Positions 13,601 to 25,600 are shown, counted from the stretch's first letter. The stretch is 64,000 bases of DNA from Octopus sinensis (GCF_006345805.1 NC_043006.1:99758001-99822000); one strand, 5' to 3'. The notes: generated from the letters alone by a model not told the origin. Numbers and translations: made by a program.

Positions 13601-14797
13601 CGTCGGATGCGATGCCGCTTCTAATTGCCTCTTCTAGCTTCTTAACTAGCTCACCCTCTACTCTATTTCTATCTATGGCTAGTGCTTTGCTGTACCTAAT
13701 CGCTTCTGCTTTTACTGCTCTCTTGAGGGCAAACCACCATTTGTTGTTGATGATGGCTCCCGTCAAAGCCCTCTTTACTAGTGTGCTAATCCGGTCTCTG
13801 AAAACTTGTCTGGACGGGAATGATGCGTTCAGTTTCCAGTACCCAGGACCCTGTCTATGTGCCTTATCTAAGTCTAGCGTACACGTCACCAATTTGTGAT
13901 CCGTGTAGCTGACTGTGTGGAATTGTGGACATCCTAAGTTATCCTTGTCTACTGTCCTACACAGTATCCTATCTAGATACGATCTCGACGACCCACTGCG
14001 GTTGCTCCATGTCCACGTTGGTGCATTTGGGTGGTCGAGTCGGTACCTGTCAGACAGTTGGAATCGTCTGAGCAGGTCTCTGAGGCATTTGCATCCCCTT
14101 CTGTTTCTGTCTCTACCCACGTAGTCTACATGCGTGTCCAAGTGGTAGCATTCCAATCCCCCACTAAGAGTAAAGGACGAGACGTTCCCAAGAATACTTC
14201 TAGACGTCGAAAGAAATCCGCCCGACCTGTTAAGGGCGGTGCGTAGACTGATACGAGTCGAAAAGCGCACCCATTGCTGCCGTCAACATCCAGAACGATC
14301 AGTCTACCCTCCGGGTCTACGAATATCGTCTTGACTTCGAGATCCAGGCTCTTGTGAAAAAGTACCGCGGTGCCACTACCGCCCATCCTCGGCAGACAGG
14401 GAGCGAAATAAATGTTAAACTGTCCGCCAAACATGGACTTTAGGGCCCGTGGCTCGTGGGTCTGGTCTCACTTATGGCTATGATTCCCAAATCATGTGAC
14501 TTGATGTCATTTAGGAGGGATCCTTGTTTCCAAGGAGACCCCAAGCCACGCGCATTCACACAACCAATCTTGACCATGATTCTATTGGGGTGTGTGCTTT
14601 AAAAACACAAATGAAAGTACAGAGAGTTACTTACTTGTGTCGAAAGTTTTGGCTTCCTCGTTCTTTGATGTGTCTTCGAGGAGGTTTCTATATAGTTTTT
14701 GGGACAGATATTTCTGGAAACCCCCTACAGCATTTGGGAAGAGGGCTTTGAGTTTGTGGTGTTGTGTTTGTGTGATGTGTAGTATTTTGATGTGTTT
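10699..14797 (-). mobile_element. Tx1-clade LINE copy T3, 5'-truncated in the ORF1 C-terminus
   Basis: Full ORF2 region plus the last ~55 codons of ORF1; (GATA)n at 10578-10698 and 14798-14878. Confidence 0.92.
11141..14577 (-). CDS. T3 ORF2: APE endonuclease + reverse transcriptase + zf-RVT (frameshifted)
   Basis: Start MVKIGCVNARGLGSPWKQG...AISET; YLDRI, YTDHKLV, YWKLN; NFRPITLLNADLKI, DQSKAFDRV, AYADDVTV; CPRCGQSDETALHAIVQC. Split over several frames. Confidence 0.88.
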
Positions 14798-14809
14798 GAT
14801 AAATAGATT

Positions 14810-14872
<63 letters not shown>

Positions 14873-14969
14873 TGATAGCTTTTGATGATAAAGACACATT
14901 AATTTCGTTATCTACCATGTTGACTGAATCTTTTAGCCTTCAGTGAAAAACAGTTATGTAAAATCAATT

Positions 14970-14973
14970 ATTA

Positions 14974-15055
<82 letters not shown>

Positions 15056-15091
15056 TATATGTATATATACATAATAAATGTCTATATATAC

Positions 15092-15155
<64 letters not shown>
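14970..15155. repeat. (TA)n array at the left end of the Penelope-like element
   Basis: Directly visible. Confidence 0.95.
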
Positions 15156-15159
<4 letters not shown>

Positions 15160-15205
15160 AAACAAGTCAAAAATAGAAAATGCTAAGATGATTTTATAGT
15201 GAATC

Positions 15206-15249
15206 TTTCAGTACCGGTTTCGGTCATTTTGAGACCTTTTCAACTGTAA
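15206..15249 (-). ncRNA. Minimal type I hammerhead motif, U3-A8 core variant (extra pLTR)
   Basis: Sense: ttacag-TTGAAAA-ggtc-tcaaaat-gacc-GAAA-ccgg-TA-ctgaaa. Confidence 0.6.
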
Positions 15250-15917
15250 CGATTAAATAATTAAATTTTGAAAAATTTAGAAAAATTAGAAGAAAGGTTT
15301 TTTAAGGAATACTTCCATAGTAGTGTTCAGATATATGTGGCATTCTGCCTTTCTCTGACTCCCTTGTTTGCACTTGTGTATTCGAGGTCGTTGTGAGTTC
15401 TTGAGGGGGTGGGAGTGGGAAAATCTGGGCTGGTCAGTGGCGACCGGCAGTCGCTGCGTAGGCGTTATACTTTAAGACATTAGTGGGGGTTAGAAGGTGG
15501 AGAAGTAGAAGAAGAAGAAGAAGATGACTGTGCCGATGATGATGACGATGAAGAAGAAGAAGGAGAAGGAGAAGATGACGATGATGATGGTGGTGATGAC
15601 GATGACGACGATGATGATGATAACGATGATGATGAAGAGGGAGAAGAAGAAAAAAAACAGAGAAGGGAGAATATGAATGGGTGAAGATATAGCTGTTTTG
15701 GGGCGATTAGTAATGGATTCTATGGAATGTAATATTTGTGTGTGTATATATATTTCTTTTATTCTTAAGTTGAGCTATATTAATTGTTTGTCGTAGACCC
15801 GTTAAGAAGTGGCCTGTATTTTATAATATATGTATAAGGGTGAAAAGGAACACACGAGTTGATATATATGAAAAAACAAGTCAAAAATAGAAAATGCTAA
15901 ATAATTTATAGTGAACA

Positions 15918-15961
15918 TTTCAGTACCGGTTTCGGTCATTTTGAGACCTTTTCAACTGTAA
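15918..15961 (-). ncRNA. Minimal type I hammerhead motif, U3-A8 core variant (main pLTR)
   Basis: Identical to the motif at 15206-15249, about 50 nt upstream of the pLTR 3' end. Confidence 0.6.
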
Positions 15962-16623
15962 CGATTAAATAATTAAATTTAGAAAATTAGAAGAAAAGTT
16001 TTTTTAAAAGAATATTTCTATAGTAGTGTTCAGATTAAGTGGCATTCTGCTTTTCCTGACTCCCTTGTTTGCACTTGTGTGTCGGAGGTTGTTGTGAGTT
16101 CTTGGTAGGGTAGTAGAGGAAGAAGGCTGGTGAGGAAGGGGGGATGGGAGAATCTGGGAGTGCCCTGATGGTCGTATTTTGAATGGTCAGTGGCGGCTGG
16201 CAGTCTCAGTTCAATTCAGGAGAATATTTATATTGACAGGCTTGTTTATAGAATTAGCGTAGGTGTTATACTAAAAGACATTAGTGACAAAGTTAAGGGA
16301 TAGGGGGTGGAGAAGTAGAAGAAGAAGAAGAAGAAGAAGAAGAAGAAGAAGGAGAAGGAGAAGATGACGATGATGGTGATGGTGGTGATGATTATGACGA
16401 CGATGATGATGATAATGATGATGATGAAGAAGAAGAAGAAGAAGGAGGAGAAGAAGGAGAAGGAGAAGATGACGATGATGGTGATGGTGGTGATGATTAT
16501 GACGACGATGATGATGATAATGATGATGATGAAGAAGAAGAAGAAGAAGGAGGAGAAGGAGAAGATGGCGGTGATGATGGTGGTGATGATGATGACGACG
16601 ATGATGATGATAATGATGATGAT

Positions 16624-16658
<35 letters not shown>

Positions 16659-16799
16659 AAAAAAAAACAAAAAAAAACAGAGAAGGGAGAATATGATTGG
16701 GTGTAAATATAGCTATGATGGGGCTGATTAGTAATGGATTCTATGGAGTGTATATTTGTGTATGTATATATATTTTTTCTTTTATCTAAAGTTGAGGTA

Positions 16800-18253
16800 T
16801 TAATTGTTTGTCGTAGACCCGTTAAGAAGTGGCTTGTATTTTGTAATAAAGAGATTTTCTTTACTTATTCGTTGTCTCGAGTGTATTGTATCGTCCCTAA
16901 ATTGGTAGAGGGGGAGAATTCTGAAGTTTGGTGTTTTTTTGTTGGCGCAAGTATCTATGTGTTGGCTAAAAGCTATGTTTCTGTTTTGGGGAATTTTTAT
17001 CTGGGATCTGTGCAGGGCCATTCGTTTACGCAAACCATTTTTTGTTTGGCCTATGTACTGCTCTTGACACCGGAGCAGGTTAGTGAGTATATTAGGTTCT
17101 CCGAAGCACATGTGAAGTTGCTTTTCACTGTAAACCGTTGTCCCTGTTGAAGGAGAACTCTGATCCCTCAATTAGATAGTCGCATATCCCGCAATTGGGT
17201 CTTCCACATTTTTTTACTGTCGGCTTCTGTGTTGAAGAGTGAATTCGGGCTTGTGTAAGGAGACTTTTCATGGATCTAGGCTGTCTTTTGCTTTTTATGA
17301 TCGTGTGTGTTTGGAGGATTGTGTTCATTCTGTGGTCTTTTTTTAGGAGGGGTATGTTGTGGAGGATGGTGTCGAAGGCTTCGTTATGGAGAGGGTTGTG
17401 TGTGGAGATGTATGGTAAGGCTTTTGGTTGTAAGTTTTTCTTTGATTGGGATGTCTCAGTTCCTTGATGTTAAGTTGAAGGGCACGTTGAATGCACTTGT
17501 CAATAAGTGAAGGTGGATAGTTCCTGGTGATTAGGGTTTCTTTTAGTTCTTGTAGTCGTGTGTCTCTGGTGTTTGCGTTAGAGACTATAGTGCATATCCT
17601 TTTTGCTAGATTGAAGGGGATATTCATCCTGGTGTGTCTGGGGTGGCATGAATTGAATGGAAGATATTGCTTAGAGTCTGTAGGCTTATGGTATATGTAT
17701 GTTTCTATTATATTATTAGCTTTCTTAATGAGGATATCGAGGAAGGGGAGTTGTTGTTGGCTATATTCCATCGTGAATTGGATGTTTACGTCCAGTCCGT
17801 TTAAAATTTTCTGGAATTCTATGAGTTTTTCTATATTTTTATGCCAAAGGATGAAACAGTCATCTAGATATCTCTTCCAGTTGTTTTGTATGTAGATGGA
17901 GAAAGGGCTGCCATATCTTTCTAGAACCTTACGATACAGACTGATCTCTAGGTATCCTATGACTAGGTTGGCAAAGGAGGGGGCCATTCGTGTACCCATC
18001 GCAGTCCCCGATTTTTGTCGGTAGAAGTTGTCATTGAAGGCGAAGAAGTTATTTTCCAGGATGAATTTAACCCCTTCTATCACAAATTCTTTTTTGATGC
18101 GGTGTGGTAGTTCGTTGGCGTGATTCTCTAGCCAGAATTGGATTGCCTCTAGTCCTAGGTTGTGGGGGATATTGGAGTAGAGGTTGACTACATCGAAGGA
18201 TACCAGTATGGTGTTTTTGTTTATAGTATTCGGTAGGTGATTGAGCATATCTA
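16800..18253 (-). CDS. Penelope-like RT + GIY-YIG endonuclease (5'-truncated, frameshifted)
   Basis: LVSFDVVNLYSNIP, QKSGTAMGTRMAPSFANL, RYLDDCF, LPFLDI, YHKPTDSKQYL; KKCGRPNCGIC linker; CQEQYIGQT...RMALHRS...KENLFI...PLLN. Confidence 0.9.
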
Positions 18254-18258
18254 AGTAA

Positions 18259-18671
18259 AAAAATGTGGAAGACCCAATTGCGGGATATGCGACTATCTAA
18301 TTGAGGGATCAGAGTTCTCCTTCAAACAGGGACAACGGTTTACAGTGAAAAGCAACTTCACATGTGCTTCGGAGAACCTAATATACTCACTAACCTGCTC
18401 CGGGTGTCAAGAGCAGTACATAGGCCAAACAAAAAATGGTTTGCGTAAACGAATGGCCCTGCACAGATCCCAGATAAAAATTCCCCAAAACAGAAAAATA
18501 GCTTTTAGCCAACACATAGATACTTGCGCCAACAAAAAAACACCAAACTTCAGAATTTTCCCCCTCTACCAATTTAGGGACGATACAACCTCGAGACAAC
18601 GAATAAGTAAAGAAAATCTCTTTATTACAAAATACAAGCCACTTCTTAACGGGTCTACGACAAACAATTAA
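18259..18671 (+). CDS. GIY-YIG endonuclease domain in the inverted arm
   Basis: KKCGRPNCGICDYL...NLIYSLTCSGCQEQYIGQTKNGLRKRMALHRS; open reading in the ORF track from 18345 to 18671. Confidence 0.85.
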
Positions 18672-18810
18672 TATACCTCAACTTTAGAATAAAAGAAAAA
18701 AATATATATACACACACAAATATTACACTCCATAGAATCCATTACTAATCAGCCCCATCATAGCTATATTTACACCCAATCATATTCTCCCTTCTCTGTT
18801 TTTTTTTTTT

Positions 18811-18843
<33 letters not shown>

Positions 18844-19395
18844 ATCATCATCATTATCATCATCATCGTCGTCATCATCATCACCACCATCATCACCACC
18901 ATCTTCTCCTTCTCCTTCTTCTTCTTCTTCTTCATCATCATTATCATCATCATCGTCGTCATAATCATCACCACCATCACCATCATCGTCATCTTCTCCT
19001 TCTCCTTCTTCTTCTTCTTCTTCTTCTTCTTCTTCTACTTCTCCACCCCCTACCCCTTAACTTTGTCACTAATGTTTTTTAGTATAACACCTACGCTAAT
19101 TCTATAAACAAGCCTGTCAATATAAATATTTTCCTGAATTGAACTGAGACTGCCAGCCGCCACTGACCATTCAAAATACGACCATCAGGGCACTCCCAGA
19201 TTCTCCCACCCCCCCTTTCCTCACCAGCCTTCTTCCTCTACTACCCTACCAAGAACTCACAACGACCTCCGACACACAAGTGCAAACAAGGGAGTCAGAG
19301 AAAGGCAGAATGCCACTTAAATCTGAACACTACTATAGAAATATTCTTTTAAAAAAACTTTTCTTCTAATTTTTCTAAATTTAATTATTTAATCG

Positions 19396-19437
19396 TTACA
19401 GTTGAAAAGTCTCAAAATGACCGAAACGGTACTGAAA
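19396..19437 (+). ncRNA. U3-A8 hammerhead motif in the inverted arm (two 1-nt deletions)
   Basis: ttacagttgaaaagtctcaaaatgaccgaaacggtactgaaa lacks one G of stem II and one C of stem III. Confidence 0.45.
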
Positions 19438-19481
19438 TGTTCACTATAAAATTATTTTAGCATTTTCTATTTTGACTGTTT

Positions 19482-19523
<42 letters not shown>

Positions 19524-19552
19524 ACATATATATATAATACACACACACACGC

Positions 19553-19608
<56 letters not shown>

Positions 19609-20505
19609 TTATACATATATATAGATGCCAACTGTACTTTTCACTATACTTCATCATAATTGCTAATATTTGTATTACAATCGTTACATTTATTGGCATT
19701 ATTATTGTTGTTATAGTGAATGACTTTGCCGTTGTTATTGCTCTCTTTTCTCCTTTTTTTTCGATTCTTTTTTCTTAATTTCAGAGAAAGCTAACATCGT
19801 TTAGGAACATATTGTGTTCCAGTTATCGACAATGGAGAAGTACACATAACTCGGAAAATATTATACACAATTTACAGAAGAGCCAAACGCCTGGAAGTAA
19901 AACATTTCAACAACTCTATTAAACTGTGACACCACTTTTGCTTTCGGCAGAACCGGCAGAACCGGCAGAACCTCTCATTGAATGTCATGCAATAAATAGT
20001 CAAATTTCTTTTTCTTCGAATTTGACTATCTACAATTTCCGTATTTGTATTTAATTTCAAATTGTTTTCTAAGACACATAACGTGTTCCATCCAAGCCAA
20101 ATTTTCATTTTGCTTTTCATCTCTTAAGATTATGAGACGAGCAACTTATTCAGGTCTTTAAGTTGTATAGAGATTACAGAGTTGCTTGTATATTGGCATG
20201 AAAATCACCTCCGCTGAAATTAATTAAAATAGATGATGCTGATAATAGTGGTGATGGGTTAAGTTCATGTTTGACAATAGAAATATAATACTCTTCATAC
20301 TGCACTGCCCTGTAGTAGTGGAAAATTCTGATTCTTTTCAACCACAGTGTATTTTAACCAACAAATTCTGCATGCTGCCAAATGAAAGTTTTGAAAATAA
20401 CTGAAATATATAATTTACTGGGTTGCTGAAAGGTTTGAAGAAGTAGTAATCTAGGACTCTCCTACAATGTTATCTGGTTTCATGACTGACTTAACTTTCT
20501 CTGTT

Positions 20506-20699
20506 TACGAGAGGGTGCTGCAAAATTCTCTGATTTAAGGGTATCACGAGAGGTTTTTTTTTGAGACCCAACATTTCAGTCCTTTTACAGGGTTTGGAAA
20601 AACCGAAGAACTGCTGCAATAAGTGTGTTAATCTGAGAGGGGAATATGTTGAATAGAATCATAATTAACTGACCGTCCTGTATTTTCAGCACCCACTCT
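20506..20699. mobile_element. Tc1/mariner-type MITE (~195 bp)
   Basis: TIRs tacgagagggtgctgcaaa / ttttcagcacccactc; internal sequence shared with 34131-34331. Confidence 0.7.
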
Positions 20700-21699
20700 T
20701 TTGTTTGCAGTGTCTTGTTGCAAAGAGTCACAAAAACAGTGAGGTAGGTGTCCCTATCTACCCAACTCTCCCAATTTACGTGGATTTTGCAGCGAGCTGA
20801 GACTAAAGGCCTGCTTCTGTATCGTAGTTTGTTTTTCTTTATCTTCTTACAATGTATTTTTACTATAACTGACTCAGCAAAAGACGTAATTTTCTTCAGT
20901 TACAAATGACTGGGTATGTGCACTGCATTTTAAAATTGCACCAAGATCCGTAAGAATACCCAGGCTGATGCACAATCTGAAGATCTGCAATGTATTCATA
21001 AAGAAATAAAGTAAAAAGGAGTGGTCTAAGAATTTGCAGCATAATGACATTTGCAAACATAATCCAGGGAACTGAGTATTGTGATAAACTGACACTGTAT
21101 AGACCCTACCATTAATATGTCAGTTGCAGCCGCATTATTCAAAGTTTTCTATCATGTTCCATATTTTCTATCAAGCACATTCTACGATATTTAACGACTA
21201 ATGAATTTCACTGAGTCACCTTTCAGTCCTTTCATTCTATTGATCCATTTATATGCGTTGTATATAACGATAATTATGTTACCCTTGCCATCAGAAGGTG
21301 ACCTCTGAACTATCGGGTTTTCATGAGTGAATTACAGAAACAATCAGCTTTTGATACCGGTTCTGTTGTTGTCTAAAATGTCACGCACTTAATCCATTAC
21401 ACCATTATGTTTTCTTTGAACGCTGCATATAAAAGACTATTAAGTCTATTAAGCGAAGTCTTTAAGCATCTATTATTTAAATTAATATACATTCTCTTCT
21501 CGGATTCCAAATTTTCACTCACCCTTTTTAAAATATTTATATTAACTTGTTCTAGCTTTGTACATACATACGAACAAGAATATATACATACACGCTGACA
21601 CACACAGATGCATACACATACAGCGTGAGGGAGATAACTTTCAAGGTGTTTCGTTTCCTTTTTAGTTAAGGAACAGGTTAATGTATTAGTTAACTGTCA

Positions 21700-22498
21700 A
21701 CATTTAAAGTTGTAGTTGAGATAAAGATACCTTACATCGACAACGTCAGGCTATATTGGAAACGAGATATCATGATGATGCACGCTAGATATCAACATTC
21801 TCTCACCGTGCCTTTTGCTCAGCGCTCTTTGAACACTGCAAAGATAGTAAGGCATAACATGGACAGCTGCAAAAGATACTACGAAGTCGTGGGCAGGAAG
21901 TGTTCTGACTGCTTCCACACTCTAGTGTTCAACCCACCAACACCAACCTTTGAACTGGGTCTTAAACTCAATTCGAATGTCTATGTGAAGCTGTTAGAGA
22001 CTGTGGTGAAACCTGACTAGAGGCGTCCGCTTCTGGAAGGCTAGTTGTGTGACACCAGGCTGTGGCTCATACCGTATCTCCAGTAAGTGGACGAAATGTT
22101 TGTCGTACAATTTCTATAACTTTACGAGTCTCAATTTTCGGCCTCCTAGTTACCACATTTTAATCCCGTGGATTTCTATGCGTAGGGTGCTGTTGAGAAC
22201 GCCACCAACCGCTCTGCCTGCAACACCAGCTATGAACTGATGGCCAAAATCAAGGTGTTCGTAGGTTTTCCCAGGTACACAAAGCGAAAAACACGCAGAG
22301 AGATTCCGAAGTCATCATGAGTCTGTGTGAGAGGCTGAGCGCGGCTACTTTGAGCATATTTTTATGTGCCAAATATAATCTAAATAGTAAATTTAATTTT
22401 TTTTTTTTATTTAAAAAATACAGTTAATTCTGAGACGGGATATTGTGCTTTATTTTCCTCTTATACAAACTGTCGAGTTTAGTACGAATTAACTGTAC
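21700..22498 (+). mobile_element. Degraded Tc1/mariner (maT/DD37D-like) transposon, C-terminal transposase region + right end
   Basis: Remnants FELGLKLNSNVYVKLLETVVKP, NFYNFTSLNFRPPS, NPVDFYA*GAVENATNRSACNT match the second-D / WPPNSPDxNPxD..W region of mariner-type transposases. The left boundary is approximate. Confidence 0.65.
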
Positions 22499-22860
22499 AC
22501 ACGCGCACGTGTGTGTATGCAAATTTGCAGTTTATTATAGGTTCAAATCATTGTGTATTGAAAGTGCTTTCCATGGATAATGGAACTGCATCTGTAACAC
22601 ACAACATATATTTTTTTTAATATTTATTCTCTAATTTCCCCTTAAACTTCCTATATCCATCCTTTTCCCCAAAATAACTCCGTATATTGAACTCTACTAT
22701 TTCCCTCTAGTTAACTCTCTCATATCATCTCTCGTGAAGGGATTTCCCTAATATCGCAGGAACAGCTGTAAGAAAACAGTTCCCCTCATAAATGTCCTGT
22801 TCAGTCCACACTGCCTTGGCTTTCTTGTCTCATTTTATTTAACACACACCCTCCCATATG

Positions 22861-22899
<39 letters not shown>

Positions 22900-22935
22900 G
22901 GGTATGCGTATGTATATGTGTGTGTATATGTTATT

Positions 22936-22980
<45 letters not shown>

Positions 22981-23060
22981 TATAGGGTAGCGAATATTCG
23001 TTATAAATATCACCACCAGCGGATTAGCATGTATAATTAGTCAATAGACAACATATTCAT

Positions 23061-23317
23061 ATTTTAAAATAGCGTAAATTTAAACACCAGAGATAATTAC
23101 CCTGTAACAGGTTATTTCTACATGTTAGAAGAAGCAGCCAACAGGGCCAAAACCACGGTTTAATAGCGATTTTCGAAGGAAATGAAAAATAAAAACTTTT
23201 ACCTTGTTATTTTTATCTTTATTCTTATTTTTGCCGTGTTGGCCGCTTCTTCTAGCATGTAAAATTTACCTGTTGAAGGGTCATTTTCTTTTTTGTTTAA
23301 ATGTACACTATTTTAAA

Positions 23318-23319
<2 letters not shown>
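23061..23319. mobile_element. Palindromic MITE with ~90-bp imperfect TIRs
   Basis: 23061-23152 (attttaaaatagcg...catgttagaagaagcagccaacagggccaaaa) is the approximate reverse complement of 23228-23319; the right end abuts (TA)n. Confidence 0.7.
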
Positions 23320-23370
<51 letters not shown>

Positions 23371-23849
23371 ATATATATATATTCTCACGTGCGTGTATGG
23401 GTGAATGTGTCTATGTTCAAATATGTTTAGTGAACGTTTTTGAGATTATGTCTACTTATATAGTTGCAGCTCCATAATCGAAGATCAGCTACTGCTAAAT
23501 ACTCATCTCCAAACCGAATGATTGAAACTCAATGCCAGTCATGTTAGACAGAATATTACATACCAGCATAGCAACTGCAAATGTTTCGGTTAAATGCGCT
23601 GAGACTTTTTCCTAATGACTGACTATAATGTTTAAGGAAGGAGACGGAACAACATTATAACTCCCAGCACATGAAGAGTATCTGCTGTACAATATATATG
23701 TATATGCATATCCTCCGGTCGACATTTCTCTCCTTCTCCCTCGTTCTATCTCCATATATAGATAATAATATATACATATACATGTGTGTATGTGTATGTT
23801 TGTGTTTATATGTATATATATAGATAGAGACCGAGACAGGCAGAAACAA

Positions 23850-24030
23850 GGAAAATGCCACTTATATTTGAGCACTATACAAATATTCTTTTAAAAAAAA
23901 CTTTTCTTTTAATTTTTCTAAATTTAATTTTTTAATTGTTACAGTTGAAAAGGTCTCAAATGACCGAAACCGGTACTGAAATGTTCTTTATAAAATTATT
24001 TTAGCAGTTTCTATCTTGACTTGTACTTTC
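23850..24030 (+). mobile_element. Solo 3' fragment of the same Penelope pLTR, with the U3-A8 hammerhead at 23939-23981
   Basis: Homologous to about 19300-19485; ends ...tactttc|atatatat into (TA)n. Confidence 0.75.
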
Positions 24031-24062
<32 letters not shown>

Positions 24063-24063
24063 T

Positions 24064-24107
<44 letters not shown>

Positions 24108-24172
24108 ATGTATACGTGCATATATTCATATACCTACGTATGTATATACACACACACATACACTCACACACA

Positions 24173-24228
<56 letters not shown>

Positions 24229-24879
24229 GCTTATATGGGTACAGGACGTTACCAACAGTAAACAACATGAAATACGAATTAAATACGCAAACAACGAGAG
24301 AAAATGGGAAATAGCACAAGTAACGCAAAGAACGACCCTTCATCAGTTGTCGGCTGTCTAGCTACTTCTCATTTCGAGCAATCAACAACAGTGTCTTTGT
24401 CCGAAAACAGTTGCTCCTATAAATAGCAAAATATAATTTTGGATTTATGGAGGGTCAACGTTGGGAACGAAAATAGGGCGGTGGAGACATAGAAGAAAAC
24501 CGAGCGAAAACAAATATGGAGGGTCGTTAAGCCAGAGCGAGTGTAAAATAGCGAACACTGGAGAAATATTTTCTTTGAAAAGAGAAAAGAGAGAAGAGAA
24601 AGAGAGAAGACGTCCATACCTTACGATGCCCCAGAGGAAAAGATGGTCACGTGAGGAACAGAATGATAGACGATGGTCACGTGTGAGCAACGAGAAAGAA
24701 AAAGAGGAAGAAGGGAGAAAGACACATACTTAACTGTGAAGGCGAGATACATGCGTAAAGCGTATATATATACTTTAACAACTCGGCTCTATGTATGGCT
24801 ATAAACTTGTATGAATGCATATATACGTATATTATTAATTATTATACGTATAATATTATATTATTAATGCATATATACG

Positions 24880-25069
24880 TATGTTACTTACATTATTAAA
24901 CATTTGACGGATAGTTGTCCTCATCTTGCCTGTTGGTAACACAACGTTTCGGCTGATATACTCTCAAGCATTCATTAGGTGTCTTGGGGAAATTTCGAAC
25001 TGCTTTCTCATTCCTAAGGTATTTTTCAATGTTGTTGCTGTTCTTCTTCTTCTTCTTCTTCTTCTTCTT

Positions 25070-25100
<31 letters not shown>

Positions 25101-25121
25101 TTCTTCTTCTTCTTATTATTA

Positions 25122-25202
<81 letters not shown>

Positions 25203-25278
25203 CCAGGTCATTGCTTGGAATCGAATTCGGAATCTTGGAGTTAGTAACCCGCGCTCTTAACCAGTACGCCATATGCCC
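24880..25278 (-). mobile_element. SINE-like family C: tRNA-like head + (AAT)n/(AAG)n + hammerhead tail (left member of head-to-head pair)
   Basis: Sense head gggcatatggcgtactggttaagagcgc...gaattcgattcc (A/B-box-like); tail acacCTAATGAatgcttgagagtatatcagccGAAAcgTTgtgt. Confidence 0.75.
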
Positions 25279-25339
25279 GTGGCGAAGTGGTTAAGATCGC
25301 GGGCTATTAACATCCTAGATAATAACAATAATAACAATG

Positions 25340-25418
<79 letters not shown>

Positions 25419-25600
25419 TAATAATAGTAATAATAATAATAGTAACATCGAAAAATACCTTAGGAATGAGAAACCAGGTTCGAAATTTCCCCAAGACACC
25501 TGATGAATGCTGGAGGATATATCAGCCGAAACGTTGTGTTAACAACAAACAAGATGGGGACAAATATCCGTCGAATGTAAATAATGTAAATAATGTACAT
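25279..25600 (+). mobile_element. SINE-like family C, right member of the head-to-head pair (B-box region deleted)
   Basis: ggcgaagtggttaagatcgcgggc, then (AAT)n, then a tail homologous to the left copy. Confidence 0.75.
25496..25539 (+). ncRNA. Minimal type I hammerhead ribozyme motif (canonical CUGAUGA core)
   Basis: acac-CTGATGA-A-tgctg-gaggatatat-cagcc-GAAA-cg-TT-gtgt; the first pair of stem II is a U-C mismatch. Confidence 0.65.

Larger units (their letters stand above)
15156..19485 (-). mobile_element. Penelope-like element (probably Neptune-type): extra pLTR 15156-15827, main 5'-truncated copy 15870-18253, inverted 3' arm 18254-19485
   Basis: PLE RT motifs and a GIY-YIG preceded by a CxxxxCxxC linker; 18254-19485 is the reverse complement of 15870-17218; both outer ends abut (TA)n. 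Confidence 0.88.

Noticed and set aside
13447-13899. 150-aa plus-strand ORF repeated at 46928-47380
   Set aside because: Antisense shadow of Tx1 ORF2; it recurs only because the element does.
19945-19971. 3 x cggcagaac tandem repeat
   Set aside because: Too short; compatible with simple slippage.
24300-24770. CTGATGA on the minus strand near 24340 as a hammerhead
   Set aside because: No stem II/GAAA partner at a suitable distance; probably part of an unclassified repeat.
25200-25310. tRNA genes (also the heads at 1587, 32362, 58036, 61363)
   Set aside because: Only A/B-box-like remnants fused to SINE bodies; no complete cloverleaf with acceptor stem.
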